Shown here piece after piece: positions 47,819-60,764 of a DNA stretch of 64,000 nucleotides (the first letter of the stretch is position 1; each line of letters opens with the position of its first letter). Below the pieces are notes generated by a model that saw only the letters and a program-made list of their open reading frames with translations, had not been told where the DNA came from and searched no databases. The translations under genes were made by a program, and so were the position numbers. The DNA is from Chiloscyllium plagiosum (taxonomy: Eukaryota), in the NCBI RefSeq assembly GCF_004010195.1, contig NC_057749.1:20570095-20634094 (forward strand). Reading direction: 5' to 3'.

Positions 47819-47940
47819 GATCTATCTACACCAGGTAGATCTATCTACACCAGGTAGATCTATCTACACCAGGTAGATCTATCGATCTATCTACACCAGG
47901 TAGATCTATCTACACCAGGTAGATCTATCTACAACAGGTG
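47819..47940 (+). repeat. 19 bp minisatellite (GATCTATCTACACCAGGTA), 6 copies plus an 8 bp partial
   Basis: Read directly; embedded in an old LINE tail (GGACTGCAGTTGTTCAAGAAG...TTAGGGATG). Confidence 0.92.
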
Positions 47941-48326
47941 GACTGCAGTTGTTCAAGAAGTAGTCTCACTCCTACCTCAAGGATAATTAGGGATGAACAC
48001 ACAAATGCTGACCTTGCCAACAATGCCCAAATCCTATGAAAGGATAAACAAAAGGGTTGAGGCAAGTAGTACAAATGTTTTAAGGGAAAGCTAGAAACAG
48101 ACATGAAGGAGAAAGGAATAGTAAGTTAAGCTGATAAAGTTTGATGAAACAGAGTGAGACATTGTGCTGTAGAACATAAACACCATTGACCTGTTGGCTT
48201 GTTTCTAATACAAGGCACTAGGATATAGTTATCAGCAAGATCCAAATAATTTCATAAAAATAGAAGGAATAAAGTATTCACATTTATTAATCCCAACAAT
48301 ACTAAATTATAAGATAAACTATTTAC

Positions 48327-48602
48327 CTTTCCGTGACTTCTCTTCATATGAGATACATAGAGCTCTCTCTCTGGAAACCATTGCAGACATTCGGCACACG
48401 TCCAGCCAGGCCTCCTAACTTTTGGTCGCGTTTCAGACTTCTCCACAATAGCTTCATCCTTTTTGTCGTTGTTCAAACTGTTGGAGGTGACACCATTAGC
48501 AGCTACTTGCACTGTAGATGCTTTCTGGTCACTGGATATGTCCTTGGAGGGAGACAGGGGGCTTGGAGGCTTGTCAATGGTTTGTGCATTGTTGTGAACA
48601 TC
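48327..48602 (-). CDS. ZNF592: ZNF592-like coding exon
   Basis: Acceptor TTTTCTTTTTAAATTAG| and donor AAG|GTAAAT; 276 nt, phase 0/0, open throughout. Encodes DVHNNAQ...[36 protein letters not shown], which resembles the recalled ZNF592 segment GWTCxECxxWxPxRExYVSHMKxSHG. Confidence 0.9.
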
Positions 48603-49837
48603 CTAATTTAAAAAGAAAATTGATCATTAACAAACTAGAACTTGCACACATATGGCAAGCAGGTAATGCCTGGCACCATATAAGTTTCCATCTTTCCTCA
48701 CACAAACTGACACAGCAGAACCCAGTTCCACACAAATTACTCAACTCAAACTTTGAAAAATCTTAATTTAGTTTTCATGAAACCATTGTTCATTCACTAC
48801 TCTCTAAACCATTTAACACACATGAACTGCAGAAAATGGTTTGATTGCTGATTCATAATTAATGACTTTAATCAGCAGATATAAAGCAAAGAAATAAACT
48901 GGAACAATATGGGGCTGATAAAAAAAAAAGTGGCACCAGGTATAAAACTTTAGAAAGATGATGATGAATAATTTACCTTGTAAGAAAGACTTCTGTCTCA
49001 ATAACTTCTAAATATTCTGCACTCTCATTGGTTAGTGATCATTAACTTTTCTCATTATGAGACAGGAAAACAAAATGCAAAGTTCAGGAACTACAGGTAG
49101 TTCTGGGATAATGCACATTTCAGCAGCATGATTTGGCTATAATGTCACTGAAGAATTAGGGAATGGTATTTTCGAGAATGTGTACGTCAGTTGGCAATAG
49201 CGCGATTCCAGCAGGGATCAGGTTTGTGCCCTTCGTTCAGCGTATGCGCCGGTGTCTATGCTGAAGACTTTGCGCATGTGCCGATGTCAGCTGCCGACAG
49301 AGCAGCTTTCTATCAGAGGTACTGTACAGACAGCAGCTTTCTTACATTTTTTAAATGTACTATGTTACAATTACTTTTGCTTCGTTAATAAATACGATTT
49401 CAACCTTTGTTCAGGCTGTGCTATACTCAGTATTAAGTTTTTGGGTGATCTTTGAGTGATTGTGAGTGATTTTTTTTGCTGGTCTATTGCTAACTCCACT
49501 TTTCCCTTCGGCCCCACTATTTCTATGAAGCGATTTGCTATTAAATGGAATGCAACTACAGTTTTATAGGAGAAACTACCTGTATCCTGAACTACCACAG
49601 CATTCTAAAGGATTATGGATAGCTGGCAGGAAAGTGGAGTTGAGGCTGAAATAAGATCAGCCATAATTGTATTAAATGGTGCATCAGGCTTGAGTCACTC
49701 AATTGTCTACTCATGCTCTTGGTTCTCACATTCTAATTTAGTGACCTCTAAACACAAAGCAAATTTGTAAGATTTTTTTAAATTGGTAAATTATTTCCAA
49801 TTCTCTGCGCATTGTTTGCTTTGCCACAATCCACGAA

Positions 49838-49989
49838 TTGGCAGGTGGGATAGATTGGGTTGGGATATCTGGTCGGCATGGACGGGTTGGACCGAAGGGT
49901 CTGTTTCCATGCTGTACATCTCCATGACTCTATCAGTATTTCACTGTTGGCATTGTGGCAAAGACTGCACTGTTATAAGGTGAGGGCAT
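49838..49989 (+). mobile_element. Short HER1/CR1 3' tail with extra 3' sequence
   Basis: GGCAGGTGGGA...CTGTACATCTCCATGACTCT followed by 58 bp shared with 15548-15605. Confidence 0.8.
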
Positions 49990-50589
49990 ATAGGGAACCT
50001 ATAGATTTCCACTGATGTTTACCATAGAGCTCTAAGGGAATACAAATAATTCTGCTTTCTTCTGGAAAGTAAATACCTTTTCCAGAGTTCTGCAACTAAT
50101 ATTTTACATTGCTGGGGACTCTCAGGTGATACTTAATGTTTTCGTTTTTCTTCATTCTTGCTAGGAAGCTCCACACATTCTTGACTCCAGTATTCTTTTG
50201 CTGTTTGCTGTACGCTTTCCTGTACACTATCAGTGACTAGCTTTTTTTAAAATCAGGCACTACAACAATATTTCAGCAGGACTGTTGCTCAATACATTGT
50301 TGGATACGGACTGCATGACAAAACGCATTTTTCCGGACTTCAAGTATAGGCACATTTCCTATTAAAGCTATCAAAGCCTAAATATTGCAAGTAAACACAA
50401 GCAGACGTCAGAGTTTAATTAATGTTTAGAGGGAACTCTGCATATTGCCATGTCTTTGTCTGTTCCAAGCTAAGAAGCACCCATGTTTGTATTGAAAACA
50501 AAGTGTATACTCTGATACCATCTTTGACAGGTAAACGTTTGTTAATCAGTGGTCAACTGGGGAGAGAACAGTGGATAATTGAGTGAATG

Positions 50590-50858
50590 AGAGTGAGGGG
50601 GCAAAGATATAAAAGCGACCTAAGGGGCAACCTTTTTCATGTAGAGGGTGGTAAATGTATGGAATGAGCTGCCAGAAGAAGTGATGGAGGCTGGTACAAT
50701 TGCAACATTTAAAAGGCATTTGGATGGGTATGAGAGTTTGGAGGGATATGGGCCAGGTGCTGGATAGTGGGACTAAATTGGGTTGGAACATCTGGTTGGC
50801 ATGGATGGGTTGGACCGAAGGGACTGTTTCCGTGCTGTACATCACTATGACTCTATGA
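50590..50858 (+). mobile_element. HER1/CR1 3' tail
   Basis: Matches the other HER1 tails in the window and ends ACTATGACTCTATGA. Confidence 0.85.
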
Positions 50859-52049
50859 AGTAGAGAAATTCACATTTCCTATAAAGAAACCTGGAAAGAG
50901 CTTTGTATCAAATCTCAAAAGGCAGTTGAGTAATTGTTTTGTGAATAAGTAAACAAACAAATGCACATAAGTTACAGCTACACCTGCATAAAATAACTAT
51001 GAGACAACTGTCTTTTTGAATTCTTCGTACAAACAAAGTAGGGAAGCACTATAGCTGTTTAGAATACAATATAATATATAAATTGTGTATGCACACACCA
51101 GCATGTGTGAATACTCCTTGTGCATCACCAGTATGAACATCAACTTAAACTTCCTTCTCGTAAGGTAGAAAAACAGACTGGCTAGCTGCATCAAAATGAT
51201 GTTATGAGACCAAACCTGGGAACCTGTCTGATCTCTGGCAGCAGGAATTCACTAGGAAAGAGATGACTATGTCGTGTAACAGCAGCAGCAGTCATATTCA
51301 GGACATAATTGGAAGGTCATCTAGTAATAGGATACTGACTTTCTCTTTGTGCTCATCTTGCCTCTTTTTAGAGTTAATTCTGTGCAAGTATGGACCATGG
51401 AGAAATAATTACTGCTAAATCAAGATAACATTCTTGAGAAAAAAAAAAGTTGACCCAAGGATTTGATTCCTTGTTGGCAGCAAATACATGTCTGAATTTT
51501 AGGTGTTGCACCCACCTCAGACTTTTTAAAACACTTTTTCACTAGGAGACTTCCTCTTAGTGATGGAGATCCTGGACTGAATGTGAACTGAGTCAAGAAC
51601 CGGGAAAATAGATATCAGGGGTGTGTGGTGTTGGGCAGTTGGCCCAAACTCCTCCAAATGTAAGATTCCCAAATATGTATCCCTCTTTCTCTGCTTTGCC
51701 CTATTCCACCCACACACATACACTGCCTGTCTATCTATCCAACTTGTTTTTCTTTCTCACCAGCAGACTCTCTTTTCCTTGCTTTCGGCAGTATCTCTAT
51801 CTATTGAGAGAGAAAACAGGCTCTTAAAAACGGGCGTCAAAAAAAAAAATTAAGAGTTCAAGCCTTAACTTGTTTGAAAATCATTTGAAAACAAACTCAA
51901 TTACTACCGCCTGAAGAAACACATTGCACACAATTATTTCGATTAGTGCTGCTACCATTTTGGGAGACTGCTCCATATTAAACACATTCAGGCTGTATCA
52001 TACTGGGAATTATATGGAATTATGTTTGTGGGGGGGGGGGGAAGGAGGT

Positions 52050-52405
52050 GGTAATGCCAGTGGGTAAGAGATGCAGATTAAGCTTTTGGGGATATAGATT
52101 CAAATCTCACCACAGCAGGTGGTGGAATTTAAATTCAGTTAATAAATCTGAAACTTAAAGTTAGTCTAGTGAAGGTGACCATGAACTACCACTGAATGTG
52201 GTAAAAGCTCAAGTTGTTCACAAATACTCTTTAGGAAAGGAAATCTGTCATCTTTACCTTGTTTGGCCTACATGTGAGTCAGACCCACAGCAATGTGGCT
52301 GACAGTTGCCCATAGCAAAGGCCTAGCAGGCAACTCAGTTCAAAGGTCATTAGAAATGGGCAACAAATGCTGGCCTTTCCAGCAATATGCAAATCACATC
52401 AAAGA
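52050..52405 (+). mobile_element. Old tRNA-derived SINE, tentatively MetaSINE-like, with LINE-derived tail
   Basis: B-box-like GATTCAAATCTC, central CTTTAGGAAAGGAAATCTGTCATCTTTACCTTGTTTGGCCTACATGTGAG, and tail TTAGAAATGGGCAACAAATGCTGGCC shared with old LINE tails at about 9890-10030 and 47940-48040. Confidence 0.6.
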
Positions 52406-52712
52406 AAAAGTAAAAGCATAATTTTTTGCTAGTGATTTTTTTTAACAAGTGAGATGGTCTGTAAAATGTCAATTCCACTTGCAAACTCTCATACTGATTT
52501 AATATAAGGAAAACAGCTTTTCCCATTAAAACTGAAAATGGATTCCATGATATTTTTCTTGAAAATAGTGATTGCGGTGTGAGAGGAATAAGAGGTTACA
52601 ACAACGGTTGGGATAACTTTTGCGACACATCAGAACAGACCAATGATAGATTAATATTCTGGTTACTCACTGCAACAACCGAGTGTTGCTGTTACCCAGC
52701 TTATAAAGTAAC

Positions 52713-53105
52713 AGAGTCATAGAGATGTACAGCATGGAAACAGACCCTTTGGTCCAACCCATTCGTATAGACCAGATATCCGAACCCAATCCAGTCCCAC
52801 CTGCCAGCACCTGGCCCATATCCCTCCAAACCCTTCCTATTCATATATACATCCAAATATCTCTTAAATTTTGCAATTGTACCACTTCCTCTGGCAGCTC
52901 ATTCCATACTCGCACCACCCTCTGTGTGAAAAAGTTGCCCCTGAGGTCTTTTTTATATCTTTCCCCTCTCACCCTAAACTATGCCCTCTACTTCTGGACT
53001 CCCCCACCCCAGGAAAATGACTTTGTCTATTTACCCTATCCATGCCCCTCATAATTTTGTAAACCTCTATCAGGTCACCCCTCAACCTCTGAGGCTCCAG
53101 CGAAA
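52713..53105 (-). mobile_element. HER1/CR1 3' fragment
   Basis: Reverse complement of the HER1 tail, starting AGAGTCATAGAGATGTACAGC. Confidence 0.85.
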
Positions 53106-53256
53106 ACATCTTCTTGGAAACATTTCCAATGCTGTTTCTTTCTAATAATCCATTCAGCTTTGATGGCGACTTTCGTCAGGTTATTTAACAAGGGTTACCA
53201 ATACCGAGCCTGATTATTGACCTCAACCAAATAGTGCAGTCCTGACAAGTGAAAAT

Positions 53257-56200
53257 TAGAACACAGAACAGTACAGTACAGTACAAGCCCTTCAGCACTA
53301 CTCCAAACTAGCCTACATACCCTTCATTTTACTATCATCCATGTGCCTATTCAAGAGTTGCTTAAATATCCCTAATGTATCTGATTCTACTACCCCTGTT
53401 GGCAGTGCATTTCAGGCACCCACCACTCTGTGTAAAGAACTGACCTCCGACATCTCCCCTAAACCTTCCTCAAATCACCTTAAAATTATGCCCTCTTGGA
53501 ATATACATTTCTACACTGGGAAAAAGTCTCTGGTTATCCACTCTATCTATGCCTCTCATCATCTTGTACACCTCTATCAAGTCACTCTTATCCTTCTTCA
53601 CTCCAATGAGAAAAGCCCTCAAACTTTCTTCATAAGACATGACCTCCAGTCCATGAAGTTTCCTGGTAAATCTCCTCTGTATCCTCTTGAAAGCTTCCAC
53701 ATCGTTCCTATAATGAGGCGATCAGAACTGAACACAATATTCCTGAACACAAGTGTGGTCTAATCAGGGCTTTATAGAGCTGCAGCGTAACTTTGTGGCT
53801 CTTAAATTCAATCCCCCTGCTAATGAAAGCCAACACACCATACGCCTTAACAACACTATCAACTTGGGTGGCAACGTTTGAGGGATCTATGGACATGGAC
53901 CCCAAGATCCCTCTGTTCCTCCACACTGCCAAGAATCCTGTCTTTAACCCTGTAATCTGCATTCAAATTCGACCATCCAAAATAAATCACTTCACTCTTT
54001 TCCAGGTTGAACTCCATCTGCCACTTCTCAGCCCAGCTCTGCATCCTGTCAATGTCCCGTTGCAACATGCAACAGCCCTCCACACTATCCACAACTCCAC
54101 CAACCTTCATGTCATCAGAAAACTTACTAAACCACCCTTCCATTAATAAAAATCAAAAACAGCAGAGGTCCCAGAACAGATCCCTGTGGAACACCAATGA
54201 TCACCGAGATCCAGGCTGAATACTTTCAATCTACTACCACCCTCTGTGTTCTATGGGCCAGCTAATTCTGTACCCAAACAGCCAATTTTCCTGTATCCCA
54301 TGCCTCCTTACTGTCTACCATGGGGAACCTTGTCAACCACCTTGCTAAAATCCATGTACACCACATCCACTGCTCTGCCTTCATCAATATGTTTGTCACA
54401 TCCTCAAAGAATTCAATAAGGCTTGTGAGGCATAACCTGCACCCTCACAAAGCTATGCTGACTATCTCTAATCAAGCTATGCTTTTCCAAATAATCATAA
54501 ATCCTGTCTTGCAGAATCCTCTCCAATAATTTGCTCACCACAGACGCAAGGCTGACTGGTCTGTTATTCCCCAGGGTTATCACTATTCCTTTTTTTGAAC
54601 AAAGGAATAACATTTGCTACCCTTCAATCATCCGGTACTGCTCCAGTGGACAGTAAGGATGCAAAGATCATCACCAAAGGCGCAGCAATCTTCCCTCGCT
54701 TCCTGTAGTAATCTTGGGTAAATCCTGTCTGGCACAGGGGACGTATCTATCCTCATGTTTTTCAAAATTTCCAGCACAGCCTCTTTCTTAATATCAATCT
54801 GTTTGAGCGTATCAGCCTGTTTCACGTCTTCACAAATGACAAGGTCCCTCTCAGTAGTGAATACTGATGCAAAGTATTCATTAAGGACCTCCCCACCTTC
54901 TCCGACTGCAGCCACAAGTTCCCTCCACTATCCCTGATTGGCCCTACCCTCACTCTGACCATTCTCGTTTCTCACATAGAATGCTTTGGGGTTTTCCTTA
55001 CTCCTACCCGCCAAGGCTTATTCATGCCCCCTTCTAGCTCTCCTAAGTCCATTCTTCAGTTCCTTCCTGGCTACCTTGTAACCCTCCAGAGCCCTGTCTG
55101 ATACTTGCTTCCTCAACCTTAAGCAAGCTTCTTTCTTTCTCTTGACTAGATGTACCACATCCCTTGTCACCCAAGGTTCCTTCACCCTACCATCCCTTTC
55201 TTGCCTCAGTGGGACAAACCTATCCAGCACTCGCAGCAAGTCCTCCGTAACAATCTCTACATTTCTGTCATGCATTTGCCGAAGAATATCTGATCCCAGT
55301 TTATGCTCCACAGTTCCTGCCTAATAGCATTGTAATTCCCCCTCCCTCAAATAAATACTTTTCCATTCTGTCTGCTCCTATCCCTCTCCATGAGTATAGT
55401 AAAACTCAGGGATGTTGTGATCACTATCGCCAAAATGCTCTCCTTCTGAGAGATCTGACACCTGGCCTGGTTCATTGCAAAGCATCAAATCCAATATGGT
55501 ATCTCCTCTGATCGGCCTACCTACATATTGAGTCAGGAATCCTTCCTGGACACGCCTGACAAAATCTGCTCCATCCAAACTATTTGCACTAAGGAGGTTC
55601 CAATCAATATTAGGGAAGTTGAAGTCACCCATGGCAATAACCCTGTTACTTCTGCGCCTTTCCAAAATCTGTCTCCCAATCTGCTCCTCCGTGTCTCTTT
55701 TGCTATTAAGAGGTCTATAGAAAACTCCCAATAAAGTGACTGCTCCTTTCCTGTTTCTGACTTCCACCCATACTGACTCTGTGGACAAACCCCCCTCGCC
55801 GCCCTTCCTTTCTAGCTGTGATATTATCCCTGATTAGCAATGCCACTCCCCCACCTCTTTTACATCCCTCCCTATTCCTTTTGAAACACCCAAACCCCGC
55901 AACATCCAACAACCATTCCTGTCCCTGTGATATCCAAGTCTCCATAATAGCCACAACAACATAGCTCCAAGTATTGATCCATGCTCTAAGTTCATCACCC
56001 TTATTCCTGACACCTTTTGTGTGAAAATAGACACATTTCAACCCATCACACTTACTGCACCTTTGCCCTATCAACTGACTATTCCTCCTCACAGACTCTC
56101 TGCATGCTGTATCTGCCTGTTCACCAAATACCCCATTCTCTGACCCATAGCTCCAGTTCCCACCCCCCTGCCAAACTAAACCCTCCTGAAGTGCGCTAGC

Positions 56201-57080
56201 AAACCTCCTGCCCAGGATATTGGTGCCCCTCCAGTTCAGGTGCAACCTGTCATCCTTGTGCAGGTCCCACCTTCCCCAGAAAGTATCCCAATGATTCACC
56301 TATCTGAATCCCTCCCTCCTACACCAGCTTTGCAGCCACGTGTTCAGCTGCACTTGCTCTCTGTTCCTAGCCTCACTAGCCTATGGCACCGGTAGCAATC
56401 CTGAGATTACTACTCTGCTCGTCCTGCATTTTAGCTTCCAACCTAACTCCCTCTATTCACTTTTCAGGTCCTCATCCCTTTCCCGAGCTATGCTGTTGAT
56501 ACAGATTGTATACCACGAATTCTGGCTGCTCACCCTCCCCATAAGAATCCTGCAGATTTAAGAAATCCCTGACCCTGGCACTCGGGAAACAACATACCAT
56601 CCAGGAGTATCATTCACGACCACAGAATCTCCTGTCTGTTCCTCTAACCATTGAATCTCCTATCACTATCGCTCTCTTATTCTCCCCTCTTCTGAGCCAC
56701 AAAGCCAGGCTCAGTGCTAGAGACCTGGCCACTTATTACTGAGGGGAATGGTCACAGGGGGTCCCTGCACTGTCTGCCTATTCCCTTTCCCTCTCCTGAT
56801 GGTCACCCAGCTACCTTTGTCCTGTATGACTACCTTCCTATAACTCCTCTCTATCACCCCCTCAGCCTCCTGAATGATCCGAAGTTCATCCAGCTCCAGC
56901 TGGAACCTCCAGTTCCCTCATGCGGTCTGTGAGGAGCTGGAGTTGAGTGCACTTCTCGTAGGTGAAGTCAGCAGGGACACCAGTGGTGACCCTTACCTCC
57001 ACATGCTGGAAGAGGAGCGTGCAACTGCCCTAGCTTCCAGCCCTTTTGTTCTAAATTGTATTTGCACATGCTGGGACTTG
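53257..57080 (-). mobile_element. Near full-length decayed CR1 LINE (ORF1, endonuclease, RT, 3' UTR)
   Basis: ORF1 esterase motif AIVIGDS at about 56650-56672. Endonuclease motifs VVAIMETW, GGGVALLI, GVFYRP, MGDFNFPNIDW and FGDSDHN; RT motifs RPVSLASVVSKLLE and KFSDDMK. Many frameshifts. Confidence 0.92.
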
Positions 57081-59486
57081 TTCCAGAATGTGCACACTCC
57101 GACTGCAGCACGTTGGGAATGGTAAACATGGTTACTTGCTGAAAACTACAGCTGTTCAATCACCTCAGATGCCAGCTTGTGGAGAAAACAATGATTCAAA
57201 CCCTTGCCTTTTCAGCAAGACTGAGGTCTCTTAGCAAAATTGTTAATGAAAATACTGATTCTCACAAATGTTAATTTTACAATTAACTTTAAAGACCCTA
57301 TTGGGAAATACATATTATTCCCCCCACCCACCCCCCAGTCTTCAAAATTTATTAGGTGTTTCAGTTATTGTAAAAGCAAGTAAGGTGATGGAATACATTA
57401 TTCAAAATAATTTAGGAAAACAAAGGAATGTGTATACAAGACAATCTCAGTTGCAAATATGTTTAAAAAGTGTCTAGTGTACAAATACATGACACCGTGT
57501 ATAGTGCTGAAATGTGACGTAGAAAGTATATGTAGCCTTCCTACTTTCACTTTATTTGTCATGATATATAGATAAATAGATTTGTATATAGGTATAAAAA
57601 TAGCTGTGTTCAAAAATACTTTAAAAATCACAGCAGTAGATTCCCAAAGAATATAATGTTAGAGAACAAAATATTGCAGTCACGAGACCAAGAATGATGA
57701 GATATGTGATAATAGCTGGGGATTGCTTAGCTCTGTTAGTTGGATGCTGGTTCTAATGTAGAGTGATACCAACAGTGTGGGTTTAATTCCCCTTCCAAAT
57801 CACCAAAATAGTTCTAGATTTCACCCTTTGGCAGAAACCTGGTAACCCTCAGGTTACACTCACCTTCAGCTGTCTCTCTTTAAATGAGAGAAAACAGTCT
57901 ACAGTCCTCTGGGACTGTGGCAACTTTTCATTTTCAATATAATACAGTTAACAGTAAGAGATAATACATTTAAGTAACCAAGTTTACTGTTCCCAACGTA
58001 TCGCAAACTGACTGTGCATGCTGTGACCCAGTTTATACAAGTACAATTTTAGCAGTGGTTTTCTCACTTACCAAAAGTGTACTATTAAGGAATTTGGTCG
58101 AGGTCAATAATCTGGCCTCAGCAATCTGATCCCTTGTAATTAAATAGTGCAGAAGTCACCATCAAAGCAGAAATGTAGAACAAAATTCACAGACCTGGCA
58201 ATATAATTTCCTATCTGGTTATTTTCCCATTAAAGATGTGGAACAAATACTAGAATATAACTTGCCCAACCATGACACATCATGATGATCATGGCAATGA
58301 TTTATAAATACTATGTTCATACCTCACAGATTCATAAATTTTCTTTTTCATTTGTTTCATGTTGTTGATTCCTAACTTACTTACACAGGACAATCAGTCT
58401 CAACAGGCCTTCCAATTTTTTTTTCCAAATGTGGTTCCTTTTAAGGCTTAAAAATTTCAGGACCTAACTGTAAGCACCATGGATCTAGGGTTGAGAGAAG
58501 CTGAGGTCCAGGAGTGTACACTGTGGAGGCCAAGGATTCAATCTTTAGATATTTTTAAACATTTGCCTTTTCATTGGCTTTTTAAAGATCAGGAATCAGA
58601 CCTTAAAGCTCAGTCAGGTAGATTATAAGCATCATAAGTAAAGCGTAAGGACTTAACTGGGGCCTTGCGGATGTTAACACTCAATCAAAGCTTCAAATCA
58701 GCCATTGCTGGCTTAGAGCTTGCAACTCCAGATTTTTAACTCATGAGCCCACTGGGGAATACAGTTTGGGAAACCCTGCCTTAGATTAACTAACGGAACA
58801 CAGGCCAAGTTTCAAACTTAGGATTTTCCTGGTGCAGTTAATTATCAGATGAACTCAGTGAGCCATCCAAACACACACTAATAAACAATGCAATTATCAC
58901 CAAACTTTTGCTGGCTGAAAATGAACAAATTCAGTTGTTTTGACCTGCAGAATTTCTTCTGACACCTTGGAGATGTGCTCTATGATTAATTACTTCTGTG
59001 AAAAGCAAACACATTGTTTGATACACAATGTGGTTTCACAGGACATATTTCTCACGTCTAATGAGGCTAGTTTAATACTAGCCTTTCCTGGAAAAATATT
59101 TCAGAACATATTGCCATATCCCTTCTTCCCTTCAATCTAAATAAAATCTGCCACATTTCAGAAAACTGTCAAGCTTAGTTCAATATTCCCAAAGCACCGC
59201 TTTTAAAAAAAAACAACGCAATAGAGCTTCTGGAATGGAGTGAGTGCACTTCAACTTTTGAAAAAACAAGCCATCTGTTATCATTTTTTTCTTAAAAGGA
59301 ATGGTTTCACCACTGTTTTCAAATTAAATTTATGTGGGAATACTTAAAACAGCAACACCTTTGCTATTATGCTTTTCTTTCCCTGATGAACTAGCATACA
59401 TATACCACAGACCACAACAAACGTCAGCCTGCAAATTAACTCTACTTGACTGAGAAGCGCTAGTTACCTTGAGTCACTACACCTAC

Positions 59487-59649
59487 CTTGAAGTGCTCCA
59501 TCATCAGTTGTTTGTGCATGTAGAGCAGTTTACACACAGGACACTTGTACACACACACTCTCAACTTGTTTTTGTGCTGTTCCAAGTGTTTATGTAACAA
59601 AGCTCGCTGGTTGAATACAGTTTCGCACATTGAACACTTTAAGATGACT
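59487..59649 (-). CDS. ZNF592: ZNF592-like C2H2 zinc-finger gene, internal coding exon (first exon in window)
   Basis: Minus-strand acceptor TTTCTCAACTTACAG| (AG 59651-59650) and donor AAG|GTAGGT (GT 59486-59485). 163 nt; upstream intron phase 2, downstream phase 0. Encodes VILKCSMCETVFNQRALLHKHLEQHKNKLRVCVYKCPVCKLLYMHKQLMMEHFK, two zinc fingers typical of this family. Confidence 0.88.
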
Positions 59650-60764
59650 CTGTAAGTTGAGAAATATTTTACATCAGCAACCAACCCACTGACATCATAA
59701 GCACCAAACAGAAGTCTTACCACTTTGAAATCATATTAAAAAAAAGTTGAAGAAGTTATTAAGGCCGCACTCCTTTAAGCTCTCCACTTTCTTATAAATT
59801 GCATCGTGGTAATTAATGAAAAGCTATAGCACCGAAGGCCAAAATGTGAGGCTAAGTGACAGAAGATCGCAATTTCATTGCCACAGTTCAGTAGAATGGA
59901 GGTGGTTGTTTTGACCAGGAGTCCTATTCAGCTATTTTTAAAATAAAAGGATAAGTGTTCTATAGGGTGTAAGCTTTTCTTTTAATGTAAGGATAAAGTC
60001 TTTGCCATGTTTATGCCGCCTTTCCTGAACATGATCAATGCGTCGCATTGAAACCTGCAGAATACTAAGAGGCCTGGATAGATTGGATGTGAAGATAATG
60101 TTTCCACAAGTAGGAGAGATTAGGATCTGAGGGCCTCAACGTCAGAGTGAACAAGTAACACCTTAGAACTTAGACGAGGAGGAATTTTTACAGCCAGAGG
60201 GACGTGAATCTGTGGAACTTATTGCCACAGAAGGCTGTGGAGGCTAAGTCATTGTCTTTAAGACAGAGATAGATAGCACTCTTGATTAGACAGGGGATCA
60301 AGGTGAAGGCAGGAAAATGGAGTTTAAAAACATATCAGCCATAATTGTGTGGTGGAGCAGATTTGACGGGCCAAATGGCCTAATTCTGATCCTGTCTTTT
60401 GGCATCATTATTGAAATTTACTCATAAGATCACTTAAAAATGAAATGTATTGCCAATTTGCTGTGCATTTTTTTCATGGAGTAACATGAATAGAAATCAC
60501 AGTGGCAGCACATGTCATTGAAATGGCTACTGAGAAGTGCATAAGACCCGACAAGACCTGTGCGTAACTGATTAACTTCAATTTTCCCTGAACAAAAGGT
60601 AACTGTGTCCAAATTAAGTTGCCAAATTGATTTATTTTGCACTGGAACTTACATGCATGTTAATAAACACAAGACCACAAGTATGTTATCAATAATTCTC
60701 AGTACTTTTTAAAATATTTGCTCTAGAGAAGTGAGCATGGCTGGCAAGGCCAACATTTATTACT

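Noticed and set aside
47819..47940. Regular repeat resembling a CRISPR array
   Set aside because: Units are contiguous with no unique spacers, in eukaryotic DNA with no cas genes; it is a minisatellite.
59462..59470. Alternative donor AAG|GTAACT downstream of the exon
   Set aside because: It would shift phase relative to the next exon; the proximal donor at 59486 keeps the frame.
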